The position numbers and the translations under genes are program-made. A stretch of 64,000 nucleotides of DNA from an uncultured Succiniclasticum sp. Its GTDB lineage: Bacteria; Bacillota; Negativicutes; Acidaminococcales; Acidaminococcaceae. The stretch covers positions 23,622-87,621 of the forward strand of contig CAJOKZ010000021.1 in assembly GCA_905235335.1 (NCBI GenBank). Reading direction: 5' to 3'. The notes below the pieces were generated by a model. It did no database searches and was not told the origin of the DNA. It saw only the letters and a list, made by a program, of their open reading frames with translations. This document shows positions 39,367 through 49,978 of the stretch, piece by piece; the stretch's first letter is position 1; each line of letters opens with the position of its first letter.

Positions 39367-41846
39367 CTCTTCTCCTCGACCAAACGGTGATCAACATAAA
39401 ATCCTACACGCCGAACATCACTGCCGACCTTTGTACGTAAACGGACACCCCCGTTATAGGATCCAGACACTTCAATCTTTTGTGCTGTTCCGGTATTCGA
39501 AACAATCTGTACCATGTGCGACCCGGTTCCAGGCACCACAAATTCAACATATTTCGCTCCCGTAGACGGGCTGATGGAAACGCTGCCGCTACTCTTTTCC
39601 GGAGGCCTTTCGATATTCTCAGGTGTTGACGGGAAAGAAAGTTTCTTTTTTTCATTAGATACCAACAGAACCACTGTTCCACCTTCCGTCAGAGTTGAAC
39701 CGTTGCCAGGGGACATATCCAGGATGGTATCTTTATCCTTATCGCTGTCCTTTTCTCTTACCTCCACATTCAGCTTCAGCGCTGCCAGTCTGCTTTTCGC
39801 TTCGGCTAGGCTCATTCCCTTCAGGTCAGGAATCTCTACTGTCTTTTCTTCCCTTTTATTGATGATTATATTTACCCCTCCATTGTCGCCTACTTTACTC
39901 TTCTCTTCCGGCGTCTGACTCAGAATTTCCCCTTCCGGCTTCGTTTTATCCCATTTATACTCGATTCGTTCAATGCGAAGATTATTATCCGACAAAATCT
40001 TTTCAGCCTGCTCCTGCTTCAGGCCCACAATCTTGGGTACTTCTGTCAGCTTTTCCGTACCGGATACAACAAGGGTTATTGTCGCGCCTTCTTTCCGTTT
40101 GATGCCCGCTACAGGATCCGTTCGCAGAACGACTCCCGGAGCGACTGAAGGATCCACCTTATCCTCGACCTCTACCTTAAAGCCCTGGCCTTCAAGTACC
40201 TTCCGGGCTTCCGTTACTGTCTTTCCGTTTACGTCTTGGACAACAATATCCGGCTTTGAACTTCCGAAGAAATAATAAATTCCCCCTGCAAGCAGCAAGA
40301 TTAGCACCAACAGAATCTTCAGGATTGCACTGAGGATGCCCGACTTCTTTCTGGATTTCTTTTCCCGGTTTTCCTTGCCTGGTACAGCAGGTGATACTAC
40401 CTTTTTCTGATTACCTGTCCCTGAAATGACAGGAGACGGATCGGCAGGCTCCGCTTCATTTCCTCCTTCAGCAGGCTGGCCATCCCTGTTTCTATCTACA
40501 GTTGCAGCTATCACTAGCGGTTTCACTTCTGGTTCTTTTTTTGTTTCCGGACTATCCGCCTGTGTTCCCGTTTTCATTTCAGTCCGACTCTTACCACGTT
40601 CACCAGACGTGATGGCTTTTGTATCTGGATTCCCATCATCCGCTGCCCCCGGGTCATCAGTGAACAAAGACTGCTGCTCTGCTTCCCCATAAGATCCGGC
40701 TGCGACTGCCACGGCCGATCCCTCTGCAGCACTCCCTGTATCCGAAGCAATTGACGGATTTTCTTCGGAGATAACAGACTCTATCTTTTTCGTATTTTCA
40801 GGTTTAGCAACACCCGTCTTTTGTTCCTCCTCATCATTGATTTCCCTGGTAAGGAAACGGGGTAGACTCATAATCAGCGTCTGGTATTTATCATGGTCAG
40901 GCTCTGTCTTTAAATCCTGCACCTTTACCGTGGCTCCATTCATTGCAGCTTTAATCGGCGATACAGTATTAACCGCCTTCAGGGGTATTGTAGCGTCAAG
41001 GAACGGTTCAGTGTTTTTGCTGGGATATATCTGATTTTTTACTTCCAGCAGGTCATTCCGCATATCCTCCGCCGTAGCATAACGATCCGCCACATCTTTT
41101 GCCAACGCTTTGTCGATGATCCGTTGGAGTGCTTCTGGTGCTTCCGGCCAAAACGCCTTTAGCGGGGGCGCCTGTTCCTCAACCTGCTTACGTGCAACCA
41201 AAACAGCATTATCCCCGTCAAAGGGAACCCTTCCTGTCAGCATCTCATAGAAAACAATGCCCAGCGAATAAATATCAGACTGTGCCGTAACAGCTAGGCC
41301 CTGTGCCTGTTCTGGTGAAAAATAGTGGACGGACCCAACAACTGAAGCTGTAAATGCCATCGTCTCACTGGAAACAATTCGTGAAATACCGAAATCCACA
41401 ATTTTGGGAACCATGGATTGAGTCAGCACAATATTCTGAGGCTTGATATCACAATGGATAATGTTATGGTTATGGGCGTGATCCAGCGCAGAGGCAAGCT
41501 GTGCTGCCAACGCAACTGCAAGACCTGGATCCATTCGCCCGTTCTGTTCTTCGAAAGTTTTCAGGCTAACGCCTTCCACATATTCCATCAAAATGTAGCT
41601 GATATCCCCTTGGTCACAGACATCATAGATTGTGACAATAGAAGGATGGATCAGACGTGCAGCGGAACGAGCTTCTCTCTTAAACTGCTCCAGCTGCGCT
41701 TTGTTGTCGAGGAACTTTTTCCGCAGGACCTTGACAGCAATCTTACGGTCCAACAGAACATCTTTGGCCAGATATACTTCGGCCATGCCACCGAATCCGA
41801 CGGATTTTAAAATTTCATAGCGTCCGTTCAGAATTTCACCGACCAT
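39360..41846 (-). CDS. pknB: PASTA-domain Ser/Thr protein kinase (PknB/PrkC/Stk1 family)
   Basis: Hanks kinase domain (GGMAEVYLAKD, HCDIKPQN, DFGI). A long low-complexity linker, a TM helix, three PASTA repeats and an extra C-terminal beta-rich domain. Confidence 0.9.
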   Translation of the reverse strand: MVGEILNGRYEILKSVGFGGMAEVYLAKDVLLDRKIAVKVLRKKFLDNKAQLEQFKREARSAARLIHPSIVTIYDVCDQGDISYILMEYVEGVSLKTFEEQNGRMDPGLAVALAAQLASALDHAHNHNIIHCDIKPQNIVLTQSMVPKIVDFGISRIVSSETMAFTASVVGSVHYFSPEQAQGLAVTAQSDIYSLGIVFYEMLTGRVPFDGDNAVLVARKQVEEQAPPLKAFWPEAPEALQRIIDKALAKDVADRYATAEDMRNDLLEVKNQIYPSKNTEPFLDATIPLKAVNTVSPIKAAMNGATVKVQDLKTEPDHDKYQTLIMSLPRFLTREINDEEEQKTGVAKPENTKKIESVISEENPSIASDTGSAAEGSAVAVAAGSYGEAEQQSLFTDDPGAADDGNPDTKAITSGERGKSRTEMKTGTQADSPETKKEPEVKPLVIAATVDRNRDGQPAEGGNEAEPADPSPVISGTGNQKKVVSPAVPGKENREKKSRKKSGILSAILKILLVLILLLAGGIYYFFGSSKPDIVVQDVNGKTVTEARKVLEGQGFKVEVEDKVDPSVAPGVVLRTDPVAGIKRKEGATITLVVSGTEKLTEVPKIVGLKQEQAEKILSDNNLRIERIEYKWDKTKPEGEILSQTPEEKSKVGDNGGVNIIINKREEKTVEIPDLKGMSLAEAKSRLAALKLNVEVREKDSDKDKDTILDMSPGNGSTLTEGGTVVLLVSNEKKKLSFPSTPENIERPPEKSSGSVSISPSTGAKYVEFVVPGTGSHMVQIVSNTGTAQKIEVSGSYNGGVRLRTKVGSDVRRVGFYVDHRLVEEKSW

Positions 41847-42579
41847 CGTGTTCCACTTCCTTCCTGTCTAATTTCAGTATGATAAACGAAATATTATCCC
41901 TTCCACCATTTTCCAGTGACCGGCTGAGGAGCGAATCCGCCGCTGACTCCAGATCATCTGCCTTTAATCGCTCCCTAATCTCGCTGTCATGCAACATATC
42001 AGTCAGTCCATCGCTACAGAGCAGGATAATGTCATCTGTACGTACTTCAATTACAAAAACGTCTCCATTCACATTTTCATCTACACCGATCCCCCGAGTC
42101 AGCATATTTTTCTGGGGATGGTTAAAAGCTTCCTCCCGTGTTAATTCCCCCATCTCTACCATTTCAGCCACAAGGGAATGATCCCTGGTAATCTGCTTCA
42201 TCTGTTTTCCCCTGAAAAGATAAACTCTGCTGTCACCCACATTGAACACATAACCTTTCCCCTGCCCGTTAAAATAAATGCCACAGAGTGTGGTACCCAT
42301 ACCATCATAACAGGAATCCGATCTTGCCTTTCCATAGACTTCCTCGTTGATATCCCTTATGATCTGGTACAATTTTGATACCAGTCCAAATCCATTCCTC
42401 CCATATAAATCTTCTTTCTCTTCTTTTAATTTTTCCAGCGCCAGCCTGCTGGCAACCTCACCAGCATTATATCCGCCCATGCCGTCCGCAATTGCGAAAA
42501 GGGATGGACGTTCCAGCAAGAGACTGTCTTCATTATTATTCCGTATCCTTCCCCTGTGGGTCCGGGACGCGACTGACAT
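41836..42579 (-). CDS. stp: PP2C-family Ser/Thr phosphatase (Stp/PrpC)
   Basis: RNNNEDS, ADGMGG, LCSDGL and GGRDNIS are PP2C motifs. It is cognate to the downstream kinase. Confidence 0.9.
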   Translation of the reverse strand: MSVASRTHRGRIRNNNEDSLLLERPSLFAIADGMGGYNAGEVASRLALEKLKEEKEDLYGRNGFGLVSKLYQIIRDINEEVYGKARSDSCYDGMGTTLCGIYFNGQGKGYVFNVGDSRVYLFRGKQMKQITRDHSLVAEMVEMGELTREEAFNHPQKNMLTRGIGVDENVNGDVFVIEVRTDDIILLCSDGLTDMLHDSEIRERLKADDLESAADSLLSRSLENGGRDNISFIILKLDRKEVEHDGR

Positions 42580-42608
42580 ATCAAATCCTCCTGTCAGCAA
42601 ACTTTTAA

Positions 42609-43667
42609 TCATTCAGATTTTTGATTTCTTGCAAAGGCAGCCCTTAGCTGACCGCAGGCCGCATTGATGTCCTGACCCATTTCTTTCCGCACAGTAGCTT
42701 GGATACGATGTCGCTTCAGTACAGAAAGAAATTTTTCGACACGTTTTAGATCCGGCCTGAAAAAACCTTTCTCCGGCACCGGATTTACAGGAATCAAGTT
42801 CACACAGGCCAGGTTAAACCGAAGATAATTCGCAAGCAACTCCGCATCTTCATCACTGTCATTCAAACCCGCCAGCAGGATATACTCGTATGTCACCTGG
42901 CGTCCACTGGATCTCGCATAGTCTTCCGCCGCCGTGATTACGTCGGCAAACGGAAATCCTTTATTTATCGGCATCAGCTCGTTGCGAAGATCTGTTTTTA
43001 CAGCATGTAGTGACACAGCCAGGCTGATGGGAAGGCCAAGAACCTTCATCTTTTCAATACCCGGAATAATACCACAAGTAGAAACTGTCATATTGCGATA
43101 ACTGATATTCGCAGCTTCCGACTGGTGTAAAAACTGCAGTGCTTCAAAGACTGCATCAAAGTTCAGCATCGGTTCTCCGCTGCCCATTACCACCACCCGG
43201 CTCACCCGGTCGCCTTTCGGATATAGGTCTCGATTAAACACGTATACCTGGGACAGAATCTCTGCTGCCGTCAGATTACGAACAGCGCCGTTCAAGCCAC
43301 TGGCGCAAAATGCACAACGCATGTCGCAACCAGCTTGACTGGAAACACATACACTGTAACCATAATCATGATGCATCAGCACGGATTCAATTGCATTCCC
43401 GTCTGGCAGCTTCAGTAAAAGCTTTTGAGTCAACCCGTCCGAGGAATCCAATCTCCGCACGGTCTCCATCTCCGCCGGAAGCACGGTAAAAGTTTCGCTA
43501 AAAAACTTCCTTTCCGTTTTACTTAAATTTGTCATCCGCGCGAAATCAAAGACACATTTCCTGTACAACCAATCGAATATCTGATTTGCTCGGAACTTTT
43601 TAAACCCTGCTTCTGCCAGCACCATCTGCAATCGGTGCAATGGCATGCCAAACAATTCCTGTCTCAT
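42609..43667 (-). CDS. rlmN: 23S rRNA/tRNA (adenine-C2)-methyltransferase RlmN (radical SAM)
   Basis: CVSSQAGCDMRCAFCASG radical-SAM CxxxCxxC motif and the C-terminal catalytic Cys (INAACGQL). Confidence 0.95.
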   Translation of the reverse strand: MRQELFGMPLHRLQMVLAEAGFKKFRANQIFDWLYRKCVFDFARMTNLSKTERKFFSETFTVLPAEMETVRRLDSSDGLTQKLLLKLPDGNAIESVLMHHDYGYSVCVSSQAGCDMRCAFCASGLNGAVRNLTAAEILSQVYVFNRDLYPKGDRVSRVVVMGSGEPMLNFDAVFEALQFLHQSEAANISYRNMTVSTCGIIPGIEKMKVLGLPISLAVSLHAVKTDLRNELMPINKGFPFADVITAAEDYARSSGRQVTYEYILLAGLNDSDEDAELLANYLRFNLACVNLIPVNPVPEKGFFRPDLKRVEKFLSVLKRHRIQATVRKEMGQDINAACGQLRAAFARNQKSE

Positions 43668-43750
43668 ATGATTTTTCTGCTAAAGTCTTTTAACCGGTAC
43701 CGCGATCAGCAAAACCAAAAGATGATATAAAAAGAGTCAGCAGACAGCCG

Positions 43751-45133
43751 TTACCGGATTCCTTTCCGAAGAAGCGTTAGATAGAACCCATCGACACCGT
43801 CACGTTGTGGATACAGCTGCAAGTCTTTAATCATTTCCCCGGTACGCGGATGGGAAAATCCTACTTGCGTCCACTCAGGATTCTGCAACAAAAACTGTCC
43901 TGTCAACCTTTCGTTCTCTTCTTCTTCCATCGTGCAGGAACTGTAAAGCAGCATCCCACCAGGTTTCACATACACAGCAGCATTTTCCAGAATTGACCGC
44001 TGCAGAGGGGGAAACCCGCTCAGTCCTGCCTCCGTCTTTGTCCAGCGCGCCTCTGCCCGTCTTCGCAATACACCGAGTCCGGAACAAGGAGCATCGACCA
44101 GCACACGGTCAAATTTGTCTCTCCATTCTTCCCGGAAAACACTTCCATCTTGCAATTCAACATGTATATTATCAAGCTTTAACCTATGTGCATTTTCTGC
44201 AATCAATTTCAATTTATGGGGATAAATGTCACATGCGATGACCTCTCCCCTTCCCTCCATCATGGAGGCCATATGTGTCGCCTTTCCGCCCGGTGCACTG
44301 CACATGTCCAAAATGCATTCCCCCGGCTGCGGCCTCAATACCTGTGCGGGCAACATAGAACTTTCGTCCTGAACATAAAAGCTGTGGGGAAAATACTGTA
44401 ACAGGGCAGAAATTCCGGAAGATTTTGTAATGATGACCCCGTCTGGACTCCATAGAGAAACCTCAGCCTCGCAGCCGACCTCGCGCAGGTCTTGCAAGAA
44501 AGCGTCCCTTGTCGTCATGACCGTATTAACGCGCAAGCTCAGGGGTGCAGGCTCATTATCCCATCGGCACAAAGCTTCCGTCTCCGTATCGCCGAACTTT
44601 CTTTCCCAACGCTCCAGCAGCCACCGTGGGTGATTGAAGCGCAATGCCGTGTCCTGCTGGACCATTTTCCACAGTTCCGATTTTTTACGGAGCGTTCCTC
44701 GTAGCACTCCGTTGACAAACCTGTCAGCACCTTTATGACTAAATTTCCTTGACAATCTGACGCTTTCATCACAGACGGCAAAGTCCGGAATGCGATCCAT
44801 ATAAAAAATCTGATACAATCCCAGTTGTAAAATACAATAAATGACCGGTTCCAATTTAGAAACAGACCTGTCTACTATCTGCCTCAGCAGGAAATCCAGC
44901 GTCCCTTTTGCTTTTATGGCACCGTTGGCCAATTCTGTAGCGAAACGGCGGTCTGCTTCCTCCAGATTAACAGTACGCAAAACCCGGTTCAGGGCTATTG
45001 CGGAATAGGCACTATCATGCCAGACCTGCCGCAAAACTTGAAGTGCAACCTCTCTGCCGTTCACAGGGATTTTGAAATTTACTGGTTCCGACACCTTCTT
45101 ATTATGCGCTGGCATCTTTCGGAAAATCCTCAC
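43751..45133 (-). CDS. rsmB: 16S rRNA (cytosine967-C5)-methyltransferase RsmB
   Basis: NusB-like N-domain and MTase core (DMCSAPGGKATH, DAPCSGLGV, YSSCT). The start may be the ATG at 45115. Confidence 0.9.
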   Translation of the reverse strand: MRIFRKMPAHNKKVSEPVNFKIPVNGREVALQVLRQVWHDSAYSAIALNRVLRTVNLEEADRRFATELANGAIKAKGTLDFLLRQIVDRSVSKLEPVIYCILQLGLYQIFYMDRIPDFAVCDESVRLSRKFSHKGADRFVNGVLRGTLRKKSELWKMVQQDTALRFNHPRWLLERWERKFGDTETEALCRWDNEPAPLSLRVNTVMTTRDAFLQDLREVGCEAEVSLWSPDGVIITKSSGISALLQYFPHSFYVQDESSMLPAQVLRPQPGECILDMCSAPGGKATHMASMMEGRGEVIACDIYPHKLKLIAENAHRLKLDNIHVELQDGSVFREEWRDKFDRVLVDAPCSGLGVLRRRAEARWTKTEAGLSGFPPLQRSILENAAVYVKPGGMLLYSSCTMEEEENERLTGQFLLQNPEWTQVGFSHPRTGEMIKDLQLYPQRDGVDGFYLTLLRKGIR

Positions 45134-45896
45134 TTAACAATTTAATGGCATTTTCAACCCTGTTTAAGTCCACCCTTGTATTAAAACATGGGCCAAAAGG
45201 CCTTTCATTAAAAATCGCGATGACCGGGATTGGGAATACATCCTGAATTCCACTTGTCAAATCCCGTTCACAGGCTACCGCGATGATTGCCTTGGGACGG
45301 GCCTTCGTCACCATTTGTCTGGCCAGCGTCCCACCTGTCGCTACTACAAAATGCATATGATATTTATGGCACAGCCCCAGCAGTCCCCCAACACAGCATC
45401 CACCGCACTGACGGCAATTTTCTATATCCCGGGTTATCTTCCTGGGGCATGTATCCAACTGGAGGCAATGGGGCGTCAGTATCAGCAGACGATCAGATGG
45501 TACCCTCACATGATGCTGGGTGACCAATGCGTTGTTGACTGCTACAAAGCTCTGTTCCACTTTTTCCCGTGGGATATTCAGTATACGTCCCAGTCCCACT
45601 GCAAAAGGGAAAAGAAAATTGATTGCCTTCCAGGACCAGAAATACAAAACCTTTGGCAGCGGCATACCGAGTATAGCCAGCACGATGGCCAGTTCTCCCG
45701 CAAACAGGAAAAACACGGCACCAAAAACCATCAGTCCGAAGGCAGCAGGAAGAAAGTGACTGATAGCCTCAAACCCCAGATATGTGACTTTCCAGACAAA
45801 ATACAAAAGGACGGCTGTAACGATTGCGCTGAATAAAACCAACGCAAGAAAGACCCTTTTTTTGGGGTTTACTGTTATTTCAACCGCTGAAACCAT
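45102..45896 (-). CDS. DUF116-family membrane protein (Cys-rich)
   Basis: N-terminal TM helices followed by LLILTPHCLQLDTCPRKI..NCRQCGGCCVGG..AVACERDL. It lies between fmt and rsmB. Confidence 0.7.
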   Translation of the reverse strand: MVSAVEITVNPKKRVFLALVLFSAIVTAVLLYFVWKVTYLGFEAISHFLPAAFGLMVFGAVFFLFAGELAIVLAILGMPLPKVLYFWSWKAINFLFPFAVGLGRILNIPREKVEQSFVAVNNALVTQHHVRVPSDRLLILTPHCLQLDTCPRKITRDIENCRQCGGCCVGGLLGLCHKYHMHFVVATGGTLARQMVTKARPKAIIAVACERDLTSGIQDVFPIPVIAIFNERPFGPCFNTRVDLNRVENAIKLLSEDFPKDASA

Positions 45897-45923
45897 AATA
45901 TCCTGTTCCTCAACCCGATTGCT

Positions 45924-46874
45924 TTACAAATTCGTAAACTTTCCCAGTCTCTCGCCAGTACGCAAACCATACCCGTTCAAGAATACAGCAGCAGACATAC
46001 GTTTTTTTGATTCCGGCTGGACAGCCAATATGCGAAGTTCTTCACCACCACAGGCTATGCAGAAGTCATTTTTTCCTACTGCTGTCACCATCCCAGGATC
46101 AGCTTCTGTTATCTTTCCAGTTATGCGGGTTTCCCATATTTTTAAACCCTTACCATCGGGCAAACAGGTAAACGCACCGGGCACAGGATCAAACCCTCTC
46201 ACAAGGTCATGAATCTCCCTGGCAGGGCGGTTCCAGTCAATCCGGCCCATCTCCCGTGTCAACAATGTTGCCATGGTAACCAATGTTTCGTCCTGGGGTT
46301 CCGGTTTCAAGCCTCCGGCAATCCGAGGCAACGTATCCGTCAAGAGTTCCGCACCTTTTTCCATAAGCACATCGTGGAGCTGGGCAAATGTCATTTCTTC
46401 CCCGATAGGAACGGAAACCCTGCTGTATATCGCACCTGTATCCATGCCCTTTTCCATCCGCATAATCGTTACGCCGGTTTCTTTTTCCCCTTTGATGATG
46501 GCGTACTGAATCGGCGCTGCACCGCGAAACTTTGGAAGAAGGGATGCATGAACGTTGATGCATCCATAACGGGGGATATCCAGAATCTCCTGTGTGAGAA
46601 ACTGCCCAAAGGCAGCCACTACAATAAAATCAGGCTTCCAGTCCTTCAATTGCTTTACAAAGTCCGGTTCTTTTACTTTCGGGGGCTGGAACACCGGAAT
46701 CCCCTGTTGTAATGCAAAACGTTTCACTGGCGTCTCTACCATCTTCTGTCCCCTGCCTTTCGGCCGGTCCGGCTGTGTCACAACCGCCTGGATACAATAC
46801 TTTCCATCTTCCAGCAATGCCCGCAGAGAACTCGTTGCAAAGTCCGGTGTCCCCATAAAAACCACATTCCACAT
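45924..46874 (-). CDS. fmt: methionyl-tRNA formyltransferase
   Basis: VVFMGTPDFA, INVHASLLPKFRGAAPIQ and the C-terminal formyltransferase domain. Confidence 0.95.
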   Translation of the reverse strand: MWNVVFMGTPDFATSSLRALLEDGKYCIQAVVTQPDRPKGRGQKMVETPVKRFALQQGIPVFQPPKVKEPDFVKQLKDWKPDFIVVAAFGQFLTQEILDIPRYGCINVHASLLPKFRGAAPIQYAIIKGEKETGVTIMRMEKGMDTGAIYSRVSVPIGEEMTFAQLHDVLMEKGAELLTDTLPRIAGGLKPEPQDETLVTMATLLTREMGRIDWNRPAREIHDLVRGFDPVPGAFTCLPDGKGLKIWETRITGKITEADPGMVTAVGKNDFCIACGGEELRILAVQPESKKRMSAAVFLNGYGLRTGERLGKFTNL

Positions 46875-46877
46875 GTT

Positions 46878-47351
46878 TCAGTCCTCCGACACCTTCAGGG
46901 TAATGGTCACAGCTTTGTCAGTAAACAGAATCCCATCCAAATGATCCGTCTCGTGTTGCAGACAAATCGCCAGCAGACCGTCCGCAGTAATAAACTGTGG
47001 CTTTCCTTTGGAATCCGTGTATTCACACTCAACATATTCTGCCCGCTCCACATCTCCCTCAAAATTGGGGACCGAAAGACACCCTTCCCCCACAATCTGG
47101 GACCCTTTCTTTTTGGTGATGACCGGATTAATCAGTTCCAACAGCCCGTTTCCGTCTTGCAAGTCAATTACCACAATGCGTTGCAGGATTCCCACCTGGG
47201 GAGCTGCCAGACCAATCCCATTTTTTGATTTATACAGTGTCTCCGCCATATCTTTCAGTATGCGCTTAACTTTTTTATCAATACGCTTCACCGGTTCACT
47301 AACCTTTTTCAGAACCGGATCGCCAGCTTTCTTAATTTCCAGAACCGACAT
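46878..47351 (-). CDS. def: peptide deformylase
   Basis: GIGLAAPQVG, EGCLSVP and QHETDHLDG are the three PDF motifs. The start at MSVLEIKK has a GGAGGAG RBS. Confidence 0.95.
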   Translation of the reverse strand: MSVLEIKKAGDPVLKKVSEPVKRIDKKVKRILKDMAETLYKSKNGIGLAAPQVGILQRIVVIDLQDGNGLLELINPVITKKKGSQIVGEGCLSVPNFEGDVERAEYVECEYTDSKGKPQFITADGLLAICLQHETDHLDGILFTDKAVTITLKVSED

Positions 47352-47466
47352 GTCTCCTCCAACCATCGCAGCAGCCCGGCTACCGGTAAATTTATTATTA
47401 CCAGTTAATCAGTCCGAATGCCCGCCGGTTTCATATAAAACAGGTAAAGATTTTCAATTATCTTTT

Positions 47467-47475
47467 ATTATAACA
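47467..47475 (-). promoter_or_regulatory. candidate extended -10 element of the def-fmt...rpe operon promoter
   Basis: The minus strand reads TGTTATAAT (TGnTATAAT) in the AT-rich 270-bp spacer after priA, about 115 nt upstream of def. Confidence 0.4.
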
Positions 47476-47620
47476 TAAATTCTAACTTTTTTTAATTCTT
47501 AAAAACTCTTATACAGAACACTTTTCTATTACGCTTAATTATTTAAATTAAAAAAGTAAAATCGCTAAATTCATTTAAGACTATATCTGTCACGTTAGTA
47601 TGACTCCTGACATTCCGAAC

Positions 47621-49936
47621 TTATATCGTCGTGACTGGATCCACATCAAAACTCATATTCCGGACTTCCATATACCGACTTTCGGACAAACATTTCCTGA
47701 TTGCGTCCATCCCCGTCGATTTAATCACGATACCGATGTGGTACAGATCCCGTATCCTAGCCACACCGGAAGGGAACGGTCCCATGATCTCCGTACGGTT
47801 CCATCGTCCCATGCTATTTTCCCGTCGCAGGAAGTCTGCCACTTCATCACCCAACGCATAAGCCCTTTCTTCCAGCTTATCCACTATAATTATTTTCATG
47901 ATTTCACTGAAAGGAGGAAAAAACAGTTCTTTGCGCAGTTTTAATTCTTTTGCAGCAAAGGTCTCATAGTCCTGACGGGCGGCCAGCATAATGGTTTCAT
48001 TTTCAGGATCATATGTCTGCAGCACCACGCGGCCCGGTTTAATGCCTCGTCCTGCCCGGCCTGCCGCCTGTGTCAACAGGGAAAATCCCCGCTCTGAAGC
48101 ACGGAAATCCGGCAGGTTAAGCGTACTGTCCGCCGCCAGAATCCCCACTAGTGTAACATCCGGGATATCGTGCCCTTTCGCCACCATCTGCGTACCCAAA
48201 AGCACATTGGCCTGCCTGAATGCAAACTGTCTGATAATATCCTCGTGAGCCATCTTCGCTACCGTACTGTCCTGATCCATTCGCAAAACCTTCACTCCTG
48301 GCATCTGGTTGATCTCAAGCTCTGCTTTTTGCGTTCCGCTCCCGAAATATTTTATGCGCCGACTGCCGCAAGACGGACATGTCTGAGGAATCGGATATGC
48401 ATTCCCACAGTAATGGCATCGCATCATTCGATCAGCAGCATGATAGACCAGGCTTACCGCACAATGTGGACAGTCCAGCGTCTCCCCGCAGTCCCTGCAC
48501 ATAACGAAAGTCGAATAGCCCCTCCGGTTTAGAAGCACAACAGCCTGTTCCCCATTGTTAACCGCGGAAATTATCTCCCGCCGTAGCTTGCGTGAAATAA
48601 CTGAATAATTTTTCTGCGCCAATTCTTCCCGCATGTCTACAATTTCAACCTTTGGAAGGACAGCTCCTGAAGGACGTCCTGTCAGACGCAAGTGTCCAAT
48701 GGCTCCGCTGACTGCGCTGTAATATGTCTCCAGAGATGGTGTCGCACTTCCCAGAAGCAGGATGGCATTATTTTTACGGCAACGGAATCGGATGACATCC
48801 CTGGCATGATACGAGGGGCGCTCTTCCTGCTTGTAGCTATTCTCCTGCTCCTCATCAATGATTACCAGTCCCAGATTTCGAAAGGGTGCAAAAACCGCAC
48901 TCCTGACTCCAATCAGGATGCTGGCATCTCCTGTAAGCACCCTGTACCAGACGTCTCCTCTTTCATTTTGTGAAAGCTTGCTATGGGCTACAGCCACCTT
49001 TTCACCGAACCAAGCCTGAAAACGCTGTACAATCTGCGTGGTCAGGGCAATTTCGGGAACCAGCACTAATACCTGCCACCCATGCTTTAGAGCATATTCT
49101 GTGGCCCTTAGGTAAACCTCTGTCTTACCGCTCCCGGTTACCCCTTGCAACAGATATTCCTGTTTAATTTTTTCATCAGTATGTCCTGCGTAAACAGCGT
49201 CCATTGATGTCTTGATTTCATTTACTGCCTTTTCCTGTTCTTCCGTAAGCTGAAGTATTTCTTTTCGTTCCACCTGCCGATCATAGCTGTTGCGCATCAG
49301 GCGTTTTTCCATACGGGAAACCCACCCTTTCTCCGCCAGCGTCCGCAATACGGCACCGCTTACCCCCAGCGATCCCGCCTGTTTCAGATCCACAGGCTCA
49401 GCCATTTCATCCAACAGTCGTAGCGCATTCATCTGCGCTTTTGCCCGCAGGTCTCCTTCCTGCAGCGCAATGCGCCCGTCCTGTGTTATGGCATAGGCAA
49501 TAACCATCCTTGCTTTCAGCCGTTCCTCAATTTCATATGCAATAATCTTTCCATCCCGGTAAACCGGTCTTCTTCTAACGCTTGACCTGCCAGGAATAAA
49601 AAGACGCATCGCTTCTGCCAAAGAACACATGTAATGCTTCGCCAGCCACTTAGCTGAATCCATCATCTCCCCAGTAAACCAATTCTTTGTCCCCAGCGCC
49701 GCAATAACCCCTTTCACCTTTTCAATATCATAACCGGGTTTGTCCTTTTCCAGCAGACCCCTCGCTTCTTCCTGTAAAAAAGTACGGACCACAAACCCCT
49801 CCACCTTCTGATTTCCAAAGGGAACAATGACCCTCCACCCTTCCGCTACCTGTAACAGGACATCTGGCAGCCGGTATATGAATTGTCTGAATAAATTTTT
49901 TGCAGGCAGATTAATTGCCACAAGCACATACTTCAT
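47621..49936 (-). CDS. priA: primosomal replication restart helicase PriA
   Basis: Helicase motifs (GVTGSGKTEVY, DEEQ) and the Cys-rich zinc insert CRDCG..CPHC..C.YCG..CPSCGS. Confidence 0.95.
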   Translation of the reverse strand: MKYVLVAINLPAKNLFRQFIYRLPDVLLQVAEGWRVIVPFGNQKVEGFVVRTFLQEEARGLLEKDKPGYDIEKVKGVIAALGTKNWFTGEMMDSAKWLAKHYMCSLAEAMRLFIPGRSSVRRRPVYRDGKIIAYEIEERLKARMVIAYAITQDGRIALQEGDLRAKAQMNALRLLDEMAEPVDLKQAGSLGVSGAVLRTLAEKGWVSRMEKRLMRNSYDRQVERKEILQLTEEQEKAVNEIKTSMDAVYAGHTDEKIKQEYLLQGVTGSGKTEVYLRATEYALKHGWQVLVLVPEIALTTQIVQRFQAWFGEKVAVAHSKLSQNERGDVWYRVLTGDASILIGVRSAVFAPFRNLGLVIIDEEQENSYKQEERPSYHARDVIRFRCRKNNAILLLGSATPSLETYYSAVSGAIGHLRLTGRPSGAVLPKVEIVDMREELAQKNYSVISRKLRREIISAVNNGEQAVVLLNRRGYSTFVMCRDCGETLDCPHCAVSLVYHAADRMMRCHYCGNAYPIPQTCPSCGSRRIKYFGSGTQKAELEINQMPGVKVLRMDQDSTVAKMAHEDIIRQFAFRQANVLLGTQMVAKGHDIPDVTLVGILAADSTLNLPDFRASERGFSLLTQAAGRAGRGIKPGRVVLQTYDPENETIMLAARQDYETFAAKELKLRKELFFPPFSEIMKIIIVDKLEERAYALGDEVADFLRRENSMGRWNRTEIMGPFPSGVARIRDLYHIGIVIKSTGMDAIRKCLSESRYMEVRNMSFDVDPVTTI

Positions 49937-49978
49937 ATCGAACCTCAGCTAATCAGGTTTCTTAACGAAATTTTTGTT

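Noticed and set aside
40300-40900. Low-complexity, repeat-like DNA within pknB
   Set aside because: It encodes the Ser/Pro/Glu/Ala/Gly/Lys-rich juxtamembrane linker common in PASTA kinases. It stays in frame and has no tandem-repeat unit structure.
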